A stretch of 61,409 nt of DNA from the NCBI RefSeq assembly GCF_004010195.1, contig NC_057757.1, positions 109,800 through 171,208 of the forward strand, read 5' to 3'. The notes beneath the pieces are model-generated. The model did no database searches and was not told where the DNA came from. It was given only the letters and a program-made list of their open reading frames with translations. Origin of the DNA: Chiloscyllium plagiosum (Eukaryota). Shown in pieces: positions 61,185 to 61,409 of this stretch. The stretch's first letter is position 1, and every line of letters begins with the position of its first letter. The position numbers and the translations under genes were made by a program.

Positions 61185-61409
61185 ATAGTCATAGAGATGT
61201 ACAGCACAGAAATACACCCTTCAGTCCAACCCGTCCATGCCAACCAGATATCCCAACCCAATCTGGTCCCACCTGCCAGCACCCGGCCCATATCCCTCCA
61301 AACCCTTCCTATTCATATACCCATCCAAATGCCTCTTAAATGTTACAATTGTACCAGCCTCCACCACTTCCTCTGGCAGCTCATTCCATACACGTACCAC
61401 CCTCTGCGT
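61185..61409 (-). mobile_element. CR1 3' end, partial
   Basis: TCATAGTCATAGAGATGTACAGCACAGAAA...CAGCCTCCACCACTTCCTCTGGCAGC, as in the other CR1 tails. Confidence 0.9.

Overview
Vertebrate genomic DNA, most likely from a shark or other elasmobranch, judged from HE1-type SINEs, HER1/CR1 LINEs and SacSINE1-like DeuSINEs. One protein-coding gene crosses the window on the minus strand: axonemal dynein heavy chain 2 (DNAH2). I can trace 16 exons with canonical AG acceptors and GT donors; the last is cut by the window edge. Eight exons (60875 down to 17129) encode the N-terminal tail and splice in frame. Eight more (12661 down to 1) encode the AAA3 region and also splice in frame. Between the two blocks about 1,800 residues (tail, linker, AAA1, AAA2) are absent and the phases do not match. 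The break coincides with an exactly 500-N gap, so it is most likely a scaffold join. The introns are almost entirely nested transposons: many CR1 copies, HE1 SINEs, DeuSINEs, a 13.7 kb Gmr1-like Ty3/Gypsy element (PR-INT-RT-RH order, LTRs, PBS, PPT, TTAT target duplication), solo LTRs, and at least four families of Penelope-like elements (PLEs). Most noteworthy: (i) more than 15 minimal hammerhead-ribozyme-like motifs carried by PLE ends, several with intact cores in the sense of the DNAH2 pre-mRNA and one 6 nt from a splice donor; (ii) about 100-bp ribozyme-bearing mini-inserts with target duplications; (iii) four 33-bp minisatellites that appear to have expanded from the same segment of DeuSINE copies; (iv) a 54-bp hairpin-containing tandem array. 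I see no convincing novel protein-coding system. Family names and human DNAH2 comparisons are from recalled sequence, not from a search.
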